This document shows, piece by piece, positions 37,207 to 45,207 of a stretch of DNA of 45,207 nt; position 1 is the first letter of the stretch; the number at the start of each line of letters is the position of its first letter. The position numbers were made by a program, and so were the translations under genes. The notes beneath the pieces were generated by a model. It ran no database searches. It was not told the DNA's origin and was given only the letters and a program-made list of their open reading frames with translations. The DNA is from Rubrobacter sp. (GTDB lineage: Bacteria > Actinomycetota > Rubrobacteria > Rubrobacterales > Rubrobacteraceae), in the NCBI GenBank assembly GCA_013695915.1, contig JACCZN010000142.1, positions 1-45,207 of the forward strand, in the 5' to 3' direction.

Positions 37207-38577
37207 TTACCTCTTGAAGGGCATCTTCGGCATGCCGCCTTTCGGCGCGCCCTTTGGCAGTCCGGCCGGCATACCGCCCTTCCCGCCTTTACCGCCCATC
37301 TGTTTCATGGCCTTCTGCATCTCGCCGAACTGCTTTACGAGCTTCTGCACGTCCTGCTGGGTGGAGCCGGAGCCGCGGGCAATCCTACGCGCCCGGCTCG
37401 GGCTCTGCAACAGCTTGGGGTTGCGGCGCTCGGCGAGCGTCATAGAGGTTATCATGGCCTCGACCCTCCCGAGCATCCGGTCGTCTATCTGAACGTCCTT
37501 TAGCTGCTTGCCGAGGCCCGGTATCATGCTCATGAGCCCGGAGAGCGGGCCCATCTTCTTGATCATCTGCATCTGGGAGAGGAAGTCCTCGAAGGTGAAC
37601 TTGCCGGCCATGAGCTTCTTGCTCTGGGCCTCGGCCTCCTCCTCGTCCATCTGGCCCTCGGCCTTCTCGATGAGCGTCAGGACGTCGCCCATGCCGAGGA
37701 TGCGGCCCGCCATCCGGTCCGGGTAGAAGTAGTCGAACTCGCTCATCTTCTCGCCCTCGGAGGCGAACTTTACCGGCCGCCCCGTTACGGAGACGACGGA
37801 GAGCGCCGCCCCGCCCCGGGCGTCGCCGTCGAGCTTGGTGAGCACCATCCCGTCGAAGTCCGCGTTCTCCCGGAAGGCCTTCGCCACGTCCACCGCGGTC
37901 TGTCCCGTGACCACGTCCAGGACCAGCAACACGGAGTGCGGACGGGTCACCGACCGCACCCGCTTGAGCTCCTCCATCATGTCCTGGTCTATGACCTGCC
38001 GCCCGGCGGTATCCACGATGGCGAAGTCGTGGCCCTCGTCTTTCGCGGCCCGGACGCCGCGCCCGGCGACCTCCTCCGGCGCGGGCTCGGTGCCCTCGGA
38101 GTAGACCGGCACCCCGATCTCGCGGCCGATCTGCTGTAGCTGCTCGATGGCCGCCGGCCGGTAGGTGTCGCACGCCACGAGGTACGGGCTTTTGCCCTGC
38201 TTGCGCGCAAACAGCGCGAGCTTCCCCGCGGTCGTGGTCTTGCCGTGCCCGTTGAGGCCCGCGAGCATCACGACGGTCGGCGGCCGGGAGGCGAAGGTCA
38301 GCTTGCTCGCTTGCCCGCCCATGAGGTTCGCGAGCTCCTCGTCAACTATCTTGACGACCTGCTGGCCGGGCGAGAGGGCCTTTGAGACCTCCGCGCCGGT
38401 GGCCCGCTCGCGGACGTTGCCCACGAACTCCTTTACGACCCCGTAGTTGACGTCCGCCTCGAGGAGCGCCATCCGGATCTCGCGGGTTACCTTCTTTACC
38501 TGGTCTTCTGTGAGGTTCCCGCTGCCCCGAACGCCGTCGAGGGCAGTGTTCAGCCTCTCACCTAAAGTCTCGAACAT
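37207..38577 (-). CDS. ffh: Signal recognition particle protein
   Basis: ALLEADV, GLNGHGKTT, DTYRPAA, DTAGR, TKLDGDARGG, RILGMGD, M domain. Confidence 0.99.
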   Translation of the reverse strand: MFETLGERLNTALDGVRGSGNLTEDQVKKVTREIRMALLEADVNYGVVKEFVGNVRERATGAEVSKALSPGQQVVKIVDEELANLMGGQASKLTFASRPPTVVMLAGLNGHGKTTTAGKLALFARKQGKSPYLVACDTYRPAAIEQLQQIGREIGVPVYSEGTEPAPEEVAGRGVRAAKDEGHDFAIVDTAGRQVIDQDMMEELKRVRSVTRPHSVLLVLDVVTGQTAVDVAKAFRENADFDGMVLTKLDGDARGGAALSVVSVTGRPVKFASEGEKMSEFDYFYPDRMAGRILGMGDVLTLIEKAEGQMDEEEAEAQSKKLMAGKFTFEDFLSQMQMIKKMGPLSGLMSMIPGLGKQLKDVQIDDRMLGRVEAMITSMTLAERRNPKLLQSPSRARRIARGSGSTQQDVQKLVKQFGEMQKAMKQMGGKGGKGGMPAGLPKGAPKGGMPKMPFKR

Positions 38578-39729
38578 CTACAACTCTCCAAACAATGCTT
38601 CGGCGAACTCCCGGGCCTCGAACGGGTGCAGGTCACCGACCTTCTCCCCGACCGATACCAGCTTTATGGGCACCCCGACCTCGTTCGCGATGGCGAGCGC
38701 GATGCCGCCCTTCGCGGTACCGTCGAGCTTGGTGAGGATTATACCCGTCACCCCCACGGACTCCTGGAACATCTTTGCCTGCCGCAGGCCGTTCTGGCCC
38801 GTCGTGGCATCTACCGTCAGGAGCACCTCGTGGGGAGCCCCCGGCATCTGGCGCTCGATGACCCTCCGCACCTTCTCGAGCTCCGCCATGAGGTTGGTCT
38901 TGGTATGGAGCCTCCCGGCCGTATCTATGAGGAGGACGTCCGTACCGTCTCTCTTCGCGGCCTCGACGGCGTCGTGGGCGACCGCTGCGGCGTCGGCCCC
39001 GCGCTGGCGGGAGATGACGGGTGCGTCCACCCGCTCGCCCCAAGTCTGGAGCTGCTCGATGGCCGCCGCCCGGAAGGTGTCCCCGGCGGCGAACATCACC
39101 TCCCCAGGCAGGAACCGTGCCAGCTTGCCGATGGTCGTGGTCTTGCCCGTCCCGTTTACCCCGACCATGAGCAGGACGGATGGGTCGTGCGAGATGTCGA
39201 GCTCGACCGGTCCCTCTAGCATCCTCGCGGCCTTCTCGATCATGAGCTCCCGGAGCTCGGAGCCGCTGGTGATGTTCCGCTCCAACGCCTCCTTCTCGAG
39301 CTCCCCGACCAGCTTCGCCGTGGTCTGGACGCCGACGTCGGAGGAGATCAGGATCTCCTCCACCCGCTCCCAGAACTCCTCGTCCTCGGCGTCCTTGAAC
39401 TCCGCCACCGCGGCGTTCAACTGCCCGACGACGGACTCCCGGCTCCGCTGCAACCCCTGCCGCAGACGCCCGAACCAGCCGCCCCGCTCCTCCTCGGGCA
39501 GAGGCTCCTCTTCGACCTCCGCAACCTCCCGGACGACCTCTTCGAGGTCCCTCTCCCCTACGTCTTCGACCTCTGGAGGCTCGGGGAACTGGGCTTCGTC
39601 CGGACCCGGATCCACCTCCGTGGCGAGCCCCCCGCCGGTGCTCTCCTGCCCGGCAGGGCCCCGCTCCCCGCTCCGGGGCTCCTCTTCGCTCTTGGACTTT
39701 CTGAAAAAGTTACGCCAGGACCGTGCCAT
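38578..39729 (-). CDS. ftsY: SRP receptor FtsY
   Basis: Acidic N-terminus, GVNGTGKTTTIGKLA, DTFRAAA, DTAGRLH, DATTGQN, TKLDGTAKGG. Confidence 0.98.
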   Translation of the reverse strand: MARSWRNFFRKSKSEEEPRSGERGPAGQESTGGGLATEVDPGPDEAQFPEPPEVEDVGERDLEEVVREVAEVEEEPLPEEERGGWFGRLRQGLQRSRESVVGQLNAAVAEFKDAEDEEFWERVEEILISSDVGVQTTAKLVGELEKEALERNITSGSELRELMIEKAARMLEGPVELDISHDPSVLLMVGVNGTGKTTTIGKLARFLPGEVMFAAGDTFRAAAIEQLQTWGERVDAPVISRQRGADAAAVAHDAVEAAKRDGTDVLLIDTAGRLHTKTNLMAELEKVRRVIERQMPGAPHEVLLTVDATTGQNGLRQAKMFQESVGVTGIILTKLDGTAKGGIALAIANEVGVPIKLVSVGEKVGDLHPFEAREFAEALFGEL

Positions 39730-39740
39730 AAACGGTGCTC

Positions 39741-42700
39741 TTAATCTCCTGCCAGACGCTTGGACACAACTGCTGTGGCTCCGGAAGCGTCCTGGGTGAC
39801 GCCGTAGAGCACGTCCGCCGCGGCCATGGTGCGCTTCTGGTGGGTTACCAGCACGAACTGGCCGCTGGCGCGGTAGGAGTCTACCACAGCGAGGAATCGC
39901 GCCAGGTTCAGGTCGTCGAGCGCCGCCTCGGCCTCGTCCAGGATGCAGAAGGCCCCCGTATCACCCTGGGTGCGGCTGAGGAACACGCTGAAGAGGAACG
40001 AGAGCGCAAGCAGGGCACGCTCCCCGCCGGAGAGCACGTGCAACGGCCGCCACCCCCGGCGTCCGAGCCGCAGCCCGATCTCGACCCCCTCCTCCGACAG
40101 CTCCAACTCGCCGGATGAACCTTCCATCAGACGCGGCATCAGCTCCCTGAAGGAGTCCCGCACCCTCCGGAACGTACCGTCGAACCGTGACTCTATCTCC
40201 CCGTCTATGTCCTGTATTATGCGGCTAATATCCCTGGCGGCCTCTTCGGCGTCGGCGCGCTGGGCGGCGACGAACTCGAGGCGCTCGGCGAGCTGGTCCC
40301 TCTGGGAGATGGCGAGCAGGTTCACGTCACCGAAGCGCTTCAGGTTGCGGGCGAGGCGGTTCCGCTCGGCCTCGGCGGTCTCCTCGTCCGGCAGGTGCTC
40401 GGCCTCCCGGCGGGCCGCTTCGAGGTCCGCGCCCCACTCCTCGGAGAGCTCCTCCCGGGCCTGCCCGGCCGCCTGTTCGGAGCGCGCGAGCCTCTCCTGT
40501 AACTGTGAGGTCTCCGCCCGCAGGGTGGCCAGCTCACCGGCGAGCCCGGTGCTCCTCCGGGAGAGGTTGGTGCGTTCGGCCGAGACCTCGCTGCGCGCCG
40601 AGGAGACCTCCCCGCGGGAGGAGCGCAACCGGTTGCGCCGCTCGCGGACGGCGGCAACGAGCCGGTTCACGAGCTCGGCGGCGCCGGAGGCCTTCAGGCC
40701 GAGACTCTCGGTGTCCCGGCCTGAGACCTCCCGCAGCCTCTCTAGCTCCCCGGAGACCGTAGAGAGCCGATTCTTGCCCTCCCAGACCGCGGACTGCAGC
40801 ACCTCGAGCCTCCGGTTCAGTCCTCCGTAGGCTGCGCGGGCGGACTCGGCCTCCTGGCTCGCGGTCTCCAGCGCAGCCTCCGCCGCGCGCCGGGTCTCCT
40901 CCGCTTCTCGAAGCGACACCCCGGTCGAGTGCGTCTCCGCCGCAGCGCGCTCGGCCTCCTTCCGGCTTGCCAGGAGCCGTTCCCGGTCCCGGCGGGTCCT
41001 CTCCAGCCGCCGGGCAGCTTCCGAAGAGAGGAGGTGCGCGGACCTTGAGGAACGCCCGGCCGCCTCTTTCAGGGTGGAGACCCCGGCGTTCAACTCCCCG
41101 GAACGGGCTGCCGCCGCCGAGACGTCTCTGTGGAGTCGGCCGAGCTCCTCCGCCGGTCCGGCCTCGAGCTCCTGCAGGCGACGCTCCTCCTGGTGGCGGC
41201 GGGACTCACGGACAAAGCTCCCGTCCGCGGCCGGGGCGGCGTCGCGGCTGGCGCTGATCCTGGTGAACCGCATCCCCTCGCGGGTGACCGCGACCCAGCC
41301 GTTGGCGGGTGCGGCGTGGCGCGGCTCTTCTATCACGTAGATGCCCATGAGGAGCCGCCTCAGAGCCGGTTCGAGGGCGGGGGCCAGGATCTCCACACAC
41401 TCCAGCAGCGGCTTTCCGGGGGCAACGCCCGGTTCACCGGCATCTTCCGCGTCGAGCCGGACGGCGACCCACTCGTCGGCCGAGACCAGCTCGACCGCCT
41501 CGCTCATGTCCTCCGCCAGCACGCCGCCGGCCAGATCCCCGAGGGCTGCCTGCACCGCCCCCTCGAAGCCGGGACGGGCCCTCACCACCTCGTAGAGCCG
41601 GGTACCACCGGAGCCGTTCGCGGGCGCGCGCAGGGACCGGATGCGGGCCTCCGTCTCTCCCGTGAGCGCGTCGAGCGCTCCACGGCGCCGGTCGAGCCCG
41701 GAGCGTAGGGTCTCTATCCGCTTCCGGTGGTTCTCCAGGGCCTCTCCGAGAGAGCGAGGGATTTCGGGAGCTCCGCCGCGAACCAGGGTCTCCAGGACCT
41801 CGGTAGCGGAGGTCAGGCGTTCGAGGTCCTCCTCACCGGGCTCCTCCGGGGCACCGGGATGCTCCAGGCCGGCACGCGACCGGAGCGCTTCCAGCTCCTT
41901 CCGCAGCCGGGCGGACCGGCCCTGCGCCTCGCCGTGCTCCGAGCGCCGCTCCGACAGCTCCTTCTCCCGGGCCTGGAGGTTCTTCTTCTCCGTGGTGTGT
42001 CTCTCCACTACGCGGCCCAGCTCGGCTTCGAGGCGTTCGAGCTTCTCCGAGGTGGCGCGCTGCTCCTCTTCGAGGCGGCCGGCGCGCTGCAGGCTCTCCT
42101 CCTGCCGGCTCCGGGCGCCTTCGAGCCGGAACAGGGCGCGCTCCGCCCGGAGAGCCCCGGCCTGGAGGCTCTCCATACCCGCCTCGGCAGCCTCCAGGAG
42201 GCCGTCTATCTCCCGCTCCCTACCCTCGAAGGTCCGCTCGCGGGCCTCGAGGGCGGTCTGTTGCTCCCGGAGAGCCTCTTCCTGGCGGGAGAGGTCCGCC
42301 AGCCGGGCCTCGCTCCGGTCCAGCTCGTGCCGGAGGTCGTCGAGGCCTCTGCTCGCCACACGGTAGAGGTGGGCCAGGGAGAGCTTGCGGTAGCGGGACT
42401 CCAGCTCGCGGTACTCCCGGGCGGCCTCGGCCTCGGCCTCTATGCGCCGGAGTTGATCGGAGAGCTCGCTCTCCAGCTGGCGGCTCCTCTCGAGCTGGGC
42501 GTCGGCCCGCTCCAGGCGGCGGCTCGCGGAGAGCCGGCGGCGCCGGTAGACGCCCAGCCCGGCCGCTTCTTCCAGCGCCGACCGGCAGGCCGCAGCCCCA
42601 CCGGCGACGATGGAGTCCACCGCGCCCTGACGCAGGATGCTGTGCCGCCCGATACCCATCTCCCCGGCCACCGAGCGTACGTCGGTGAGCCGGGAGCGGG

Positions 42701-43046
42701 AACCGTTGATCCTGTACTGGGAATCCCCGTCGCGCGAGATCCGGCGCGTCACCGAGACCTCCCCGTACGGCAGGGAGATGGCGCCGGAGGAGTTATCAAA
42801 GACGAGCGTAACCTCCGCGACCCGCGAGCCCTGCAAGGTCTCCGAGCCGGAGAAGATCAGGCCTCCCATCGAACCGGCCCGCAGCACGGCGGGCCGCTGC
42901 TCCCCGAGCGCGAAGAGCACGGCGTCCGTGACGTTGCTCTTCCCGGAGCCGTTCGGCCCGACGATGGCCGTGATGCCGCCCTCCAGCGGCATACGGGTCG
43001 GCCGGGCAAAGGTCTTGAAGCCCTTGATGTATACCGCCGAGAGCAC
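39741..43046 (-). CDS. smc: Chromosome segregation protein SMC (divergent)
   Basis: GFKTF, GPNGSGKSN, Q-loop, coiled coils flanking a hinge, GDVNLLA, LSGGERAL, LDEAEAALD, VTH; rnc-smc-ftsY synteny. Confidence 0.93.
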   Translation of the reverse strand: MLSAVYIKGFKTFARPTRMPLEGGITAIVGPNGSGKSNVTDAVLFALGEQRPAVLRAGSMGGLIFSGSETLQGSRVAEVTLVFDNSSGAISLPYGEVSVTRRISRDGDSQYRINGSRSRLTDVRSVAGEMGIGRHSILRQGAVDSIVAGGAAACRSALEEAAGLGVYRRRRLSASRRLERADAQLERSRQLESELSDQLRRIEAEAEAAREYRELESRYRKLSLAHLYRVASRGLDDLRHELDRSEARLADLSRQEEALREQQTALEARERTFEGREREIDGLLEAAEAGMESLQAGALRAERALFRLEGARSRQEESLQRAGRLEEEQRATSEKLERLEAELGRVVERHTTEKKNLQAREKELSERRSEHGEAQGRSARLRKELEALRSRAGLEHPGAPEEPGEEDLERLTSATEVLETLVRGGAPEIPRSLGEALENHRKRIETLRSGLDRRRGALDALTGETEARIRSLRAPANGSGGTRLYEVVRARPGFEGAVQAALGDLAGGVLAEDMSEAVELVSADEWVAVRLDAEDAGEPGVAPGKPLLECVEILAPALEPALRRLLMGIYVIEEPRHAAPANGWVAVTREGMRFTRISASRDAAPAADGSFVRESRRHQEERRLQELEAGPAEELGRLHRDVSAAAARSGELNAGVSTLKEAAGRSSRSAHLLSSEAARRLERTRRDRERLLASRKEAERAAAETHSTGVSLREAEETRRAAEAALETASQEAESARAAYGGLNRRLEVLQSAVWEGKNRLSTVSGELERLREVSGRDTESLGLKASGAAELVNRLVAAVRERRNRLRSSRGEVSSARSEVSAERTNLSRRSTGLAGELATLRAETSQLQERLARSEQAAGQAREELSEEWGADLEAARREAEHLPDEETAEAERNRLARNLKRFGDVNLLAISQRDQLAERLEFVAAQRADAEEAARDISRIIQDIDGEIESRFDGTFRRVRDSFRELMPRLMEGSSGELELSEEGVEIGLRLGRRGWRPLHVLSGGERALLALSFLFSVFLSRTQGDTGAFCILDEAEAALDDLNLARFLAVVDSYRASGQFVLVTHQKRTMAAADVLYGVTQDASGATAVVSKRLAGD

Positions 43047-43097
43047 TACCGGGGTATTCTACGCATCCCGGGGCCGCAGGACACGCGAAACTGCAGC

Positions 43098-43118
43098 AAA
43101 CCGAGCCTCACGGGCTCG
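43098..43118 (-). terminator. Weak hairpin terminator candidate after rnc
   Basis: CGAGCC-CGTGA-GGCTCG followed by GTTTG. Confidence 0.35.
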
Positions 43119-43125
43119 CGGGGCG

Positions 43126-43785
43126 CTAGGCTCCTACGTGGACCTCCACGGGGGAGGGGGTGACGGGGCGCAGGCCCAGTATCTCCACCGCCGCCCGGGC
43201 GGCGGCCTGCTCGCTCTCCTTTATCGAGTTCCCCTCTCCTTTGGCGACCTCCCGGCCGTCCACGGAGACCCCGGAGACGAAGCTCGGGCGGTGGGGCGGG
43301 CCCTTCTTGGACCGGACCCGGTAGGTAGGTCTCAGGCCGTCGGCCTGCAGGGACTCTTGGAGCAGCGTCTTCCAGTCGCGCAACTCGTCGGTATCTACCT
43401 CGGCGGGGTTGAAGATCTCGTCTATCGTCTTGTAAGCGAGGTCCTTGTCTATGAGGTACGCAGCCCCGATTATGGCCTCGACCGTGTCGGCTATGACGGA
43501 GTCGTTTATCACGGAGGTCTCTATGGACTCCTCGAGCCCCTCGCTCCGGCCCACGGTGGCGAGGAAGGTCTTCCTTACCAGGTGCGCCCGGATGCGGGTG
43601 AGGTCGCCTTCGAGCAGCTCGGGGTAGCTGTGGAATACCAGCTCCGCTACCCGGCTATTCAGCACGGAGTCACCCAGGAACTCCAGCCGCCCGTTGGAGT
43701 CGTAGAGGTCGGCGACGCTCGGGTGGGAGAGGGAGCGTTGCCTCAGGGGCTCCGGAAGTATGTTTATTAGCTCTTTTATAGACAT
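43126..43785 (-). CDS. rnc: Ribonuclease III
   Basis: HPS, RLEFLGDSVL, EGDLT, ADTVEAIIGA, dsRBD (DWKTLLQE..GPPH..G.G.SIKESEQAAA). Confidence 0.95.
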   Translation of the reverse strand: MSIKELINILPEPLRQRSLSHPSVADLYDSNGRLEFLGDSVLNSRVAELVFHSYPELLEGDLTRIRAHLVRKTFLATVGRSEGLEESIETSVINDSVIADTVEAIIGAAYLIDKDLAYKTIDEIFNPAEVDTDELRDWKTLLQESLQADGLRPTYRVRSKKGPPHRPSFVSGVSVDGREVAKGEGNSIKESEQAAARAAVEILGLRPVTPSPVEVHVGA

Positions 43786-43807
43786 CTGTATCGCCCTCCG
43801 GGTTCCT

Positions 43808-45076
43808 TTATTCTACACCGGCGAAGACCACCACGACGTTGTGTCCCCCGAAGCCCATCGAGTTCGAGATGGCGGCCTTGAGGTCCGGTATCTCGGTCGC
43901 CTCCGTGGCATAGGTAAGCGGCTCGCAGTCCTCGGCCAGCTCCTCGAGGTTTATGGTCGGCGGCACCACCCGGTGCTTGAGCGCCAGGGCGCACATGATG
44001 GCCTCGGTCGAGCCCACCGCCCCGAAGGAGTGCCCGGTCATGGACTTGGTCCCGGAGACGACGGCCTGCGGCACGAGGCGGGAGATGGCCTTTGTCTCCG
44101 GCCCGTCGCCGGTCGGCGTCGAGGTGGCGTGGGCGTTTACGTGCCCGACCTCCTCGGCGCTCACCCCGGAGTCCTCCAGGGCGAGCCGCATCGCCCGCTC
44201 CACCCCGCGGCCCTCGGTGTCCGGCGCGGTGACGTGGTAGGCGTCGGTGGAGCGTCCGTAGCCCGAGACCGCCGCCGTCGGCGTGGCGCCGCGGCGCTCC
44301 GCGTGCTCCGGGCTTTCGAGGATCACGGCCCCCGCGCCCTCGCTCATCGCGAACCCGTCGCGGCCCGAGTCGAAGGGCCGGCTGGCCCGGTGCGGCTCGT
44401 CGTTGCGGGTGGAGATCGCCCGTATGGCACAGAAACCGGCCATCGAGAGCGGTGTTATGGGGGCCTCTGCGGAGCCGGCGATGACCACGTCGGCGTCGCC
44501 CCGCCGGATCAACTCGAGCCCCTCGGCGATGGCTTCCCCGCCGGTGGCGCACGCCAGTATCGGGCACTGGGTCGGCCCCGTGGCCCCGAGCGCTATGGCG
44601 AGCTGCCCGGCGGCCATGTTCGGCACCATCATGGTTATCAGGAACGGGCTGACCCGTCCGGGACCCTTCTCGTGCAGGACCTCGTACTCGCGCTCCCAGG
44701 TGGAGAGCCCGCCGATGCCGCTGCCCATAACTATGGCGACCCTCTCGGGGGTCTGTCTTATGGTCTCGGCGATGCCCGCGTCCTCCACGGCCTGCAGGCC
44801 GGCTGCCACGCCGAGCTGGGCGTAGCGGTCCATACGCCGGGCGTCCTTCTTCTTCATGAAGTCCGCCGGGTCGAAGTCCCGGCACTCACCCGCTATGTGC
44901 GACGGATACGGCGAGGGGTCGAAGAGCGTGATCTCGCCTATACCGCTCTTGCCGTGCAGGGAGGCGTCCCAGAAGTTCTCCGTGCCGATGCCGAGGGGGG
45001 TAACCGCGCCGGAGCCGGTTATGAAGGCGTGTCCCTTGCCTCCTCCCTCGGGACCGGCTTTCAGGCTCTCTGTCAC
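43808..45076 (-). CDS. fabF: 3-oxoacyl-ACP synthase II
   Basis: [53 protein letters not shown]. Confidence 0.97.
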   Translation of the reverse strand: MTESLKAGPEGGGKGHAFITGSGAVTPLGIGTENFWDASLHGKSGIGEITLFDPSPYPSHIAGECRDFDPADFMKKKDARRMDRYAQLGVAAGLQAVEDAGIAETIRQTPERVAIVMGSGIGGLSTWEREYEVLHEKGPGRVSPFLITMMVPNMAAGQLAIALGATGPTQCPILACATGGEAIAEGLELIRRGDADVVIAGSAEAPITPLSMAGFCAIRAISTRNDEPHRASRPFDSGRDGFAMSEGAGAVILESPEHAERRGATPTAAVSGYGRSTDAYHVTAPDTEGRGVERAMRLALEDSGVSAEEVGHVNAHATSTPTGDGPETKAISRLVPQAVVSGTKSMTGHSFGAVGSTEAIMCALALKHRVVPPTINLEELAEDCEPLTYATEATEIPDLKAAISNSMGFGGHNVVVVFAGVE

Positions 45077-45207
45077 GCTGCCTGGTGCTCCGAGACGTAC
45101 TCCACGGCTTCCTCGACCGTGGTGATCTTCTCCGCCTCCTCGTCCGGTATCTCCATGCCGAACTGCTCCTCAAGCTCCATGATGAGCTCCACGAGGTCCA
45201 GCGAGTC
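45073..45207 (-). CDS. acpP: Acyl carrier protein (3' part)
   Basis: Manual translation [44 protein letters not shown]; GTGA overlap with fabF. Confidence 0.96.
   Translation of the reverse strand, partial: DSLDLVELIMELEEQFGMEIPDEEAEKITTVEEAVEYVSEHQAA

Noticed and set aside
43670-43700. RNase III signature reads GRLEFLGD instead of ERLEFLGD, suggesting an inactive enzyme
   Set aside because: The main catalytic acidic residues (E and D in LEFLGD; D and E in ADTVEA) are retained, so there is no good evidence of inactivation.

Overview
High-GC bacterial core-genome segment, most consistent with a deep-branching actinobacterium such as Rubrobacter (inferred from WhiG-type sigma, NusA tail and codon style). 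About 45 genes lie on the minus strand: acpP(partial)-fabF-rnc-smc-ftsY-ffh-rpsP-khpA-rimM-trmD-rplS-rnhB-yraN-comM-dprA-whiG-rpsB-tsf-pyrH-frr-uppS-cdsA-dxr-rseP-ispG-rimP-nusA-infB-DUF503-rbfA-nrnA-truB-ribF-rpsO-pnp-M16 peptidase-rnj-ftsK-rodZ-recA-recX-rny-[GHKL ATPase]-miaA-hflX(partial). I found no mobile elements, CRISPR, tRNA or rRNA. Best leads: (1) an uncharacterised GHKL ATPase with a putative HTH sitting in the slot mutL occupies in Firmicutes; (2) uppS, yraN and truB, whose conserved N-termini need CTG or ATA starts, two of them in frame behind the upstream stop; (3) TAG as the dominant stop codon; (4) a WhiG sigma with a c-di-GMP motif coupled to comM-dprA; (5) NusA with a C-terminal Cys3His finger; (6) an SMC hinge lacking the glycine motif; (7) structured leaders (rpsB, rimP, rny, rnj) and leaderless or intragenic promoters.
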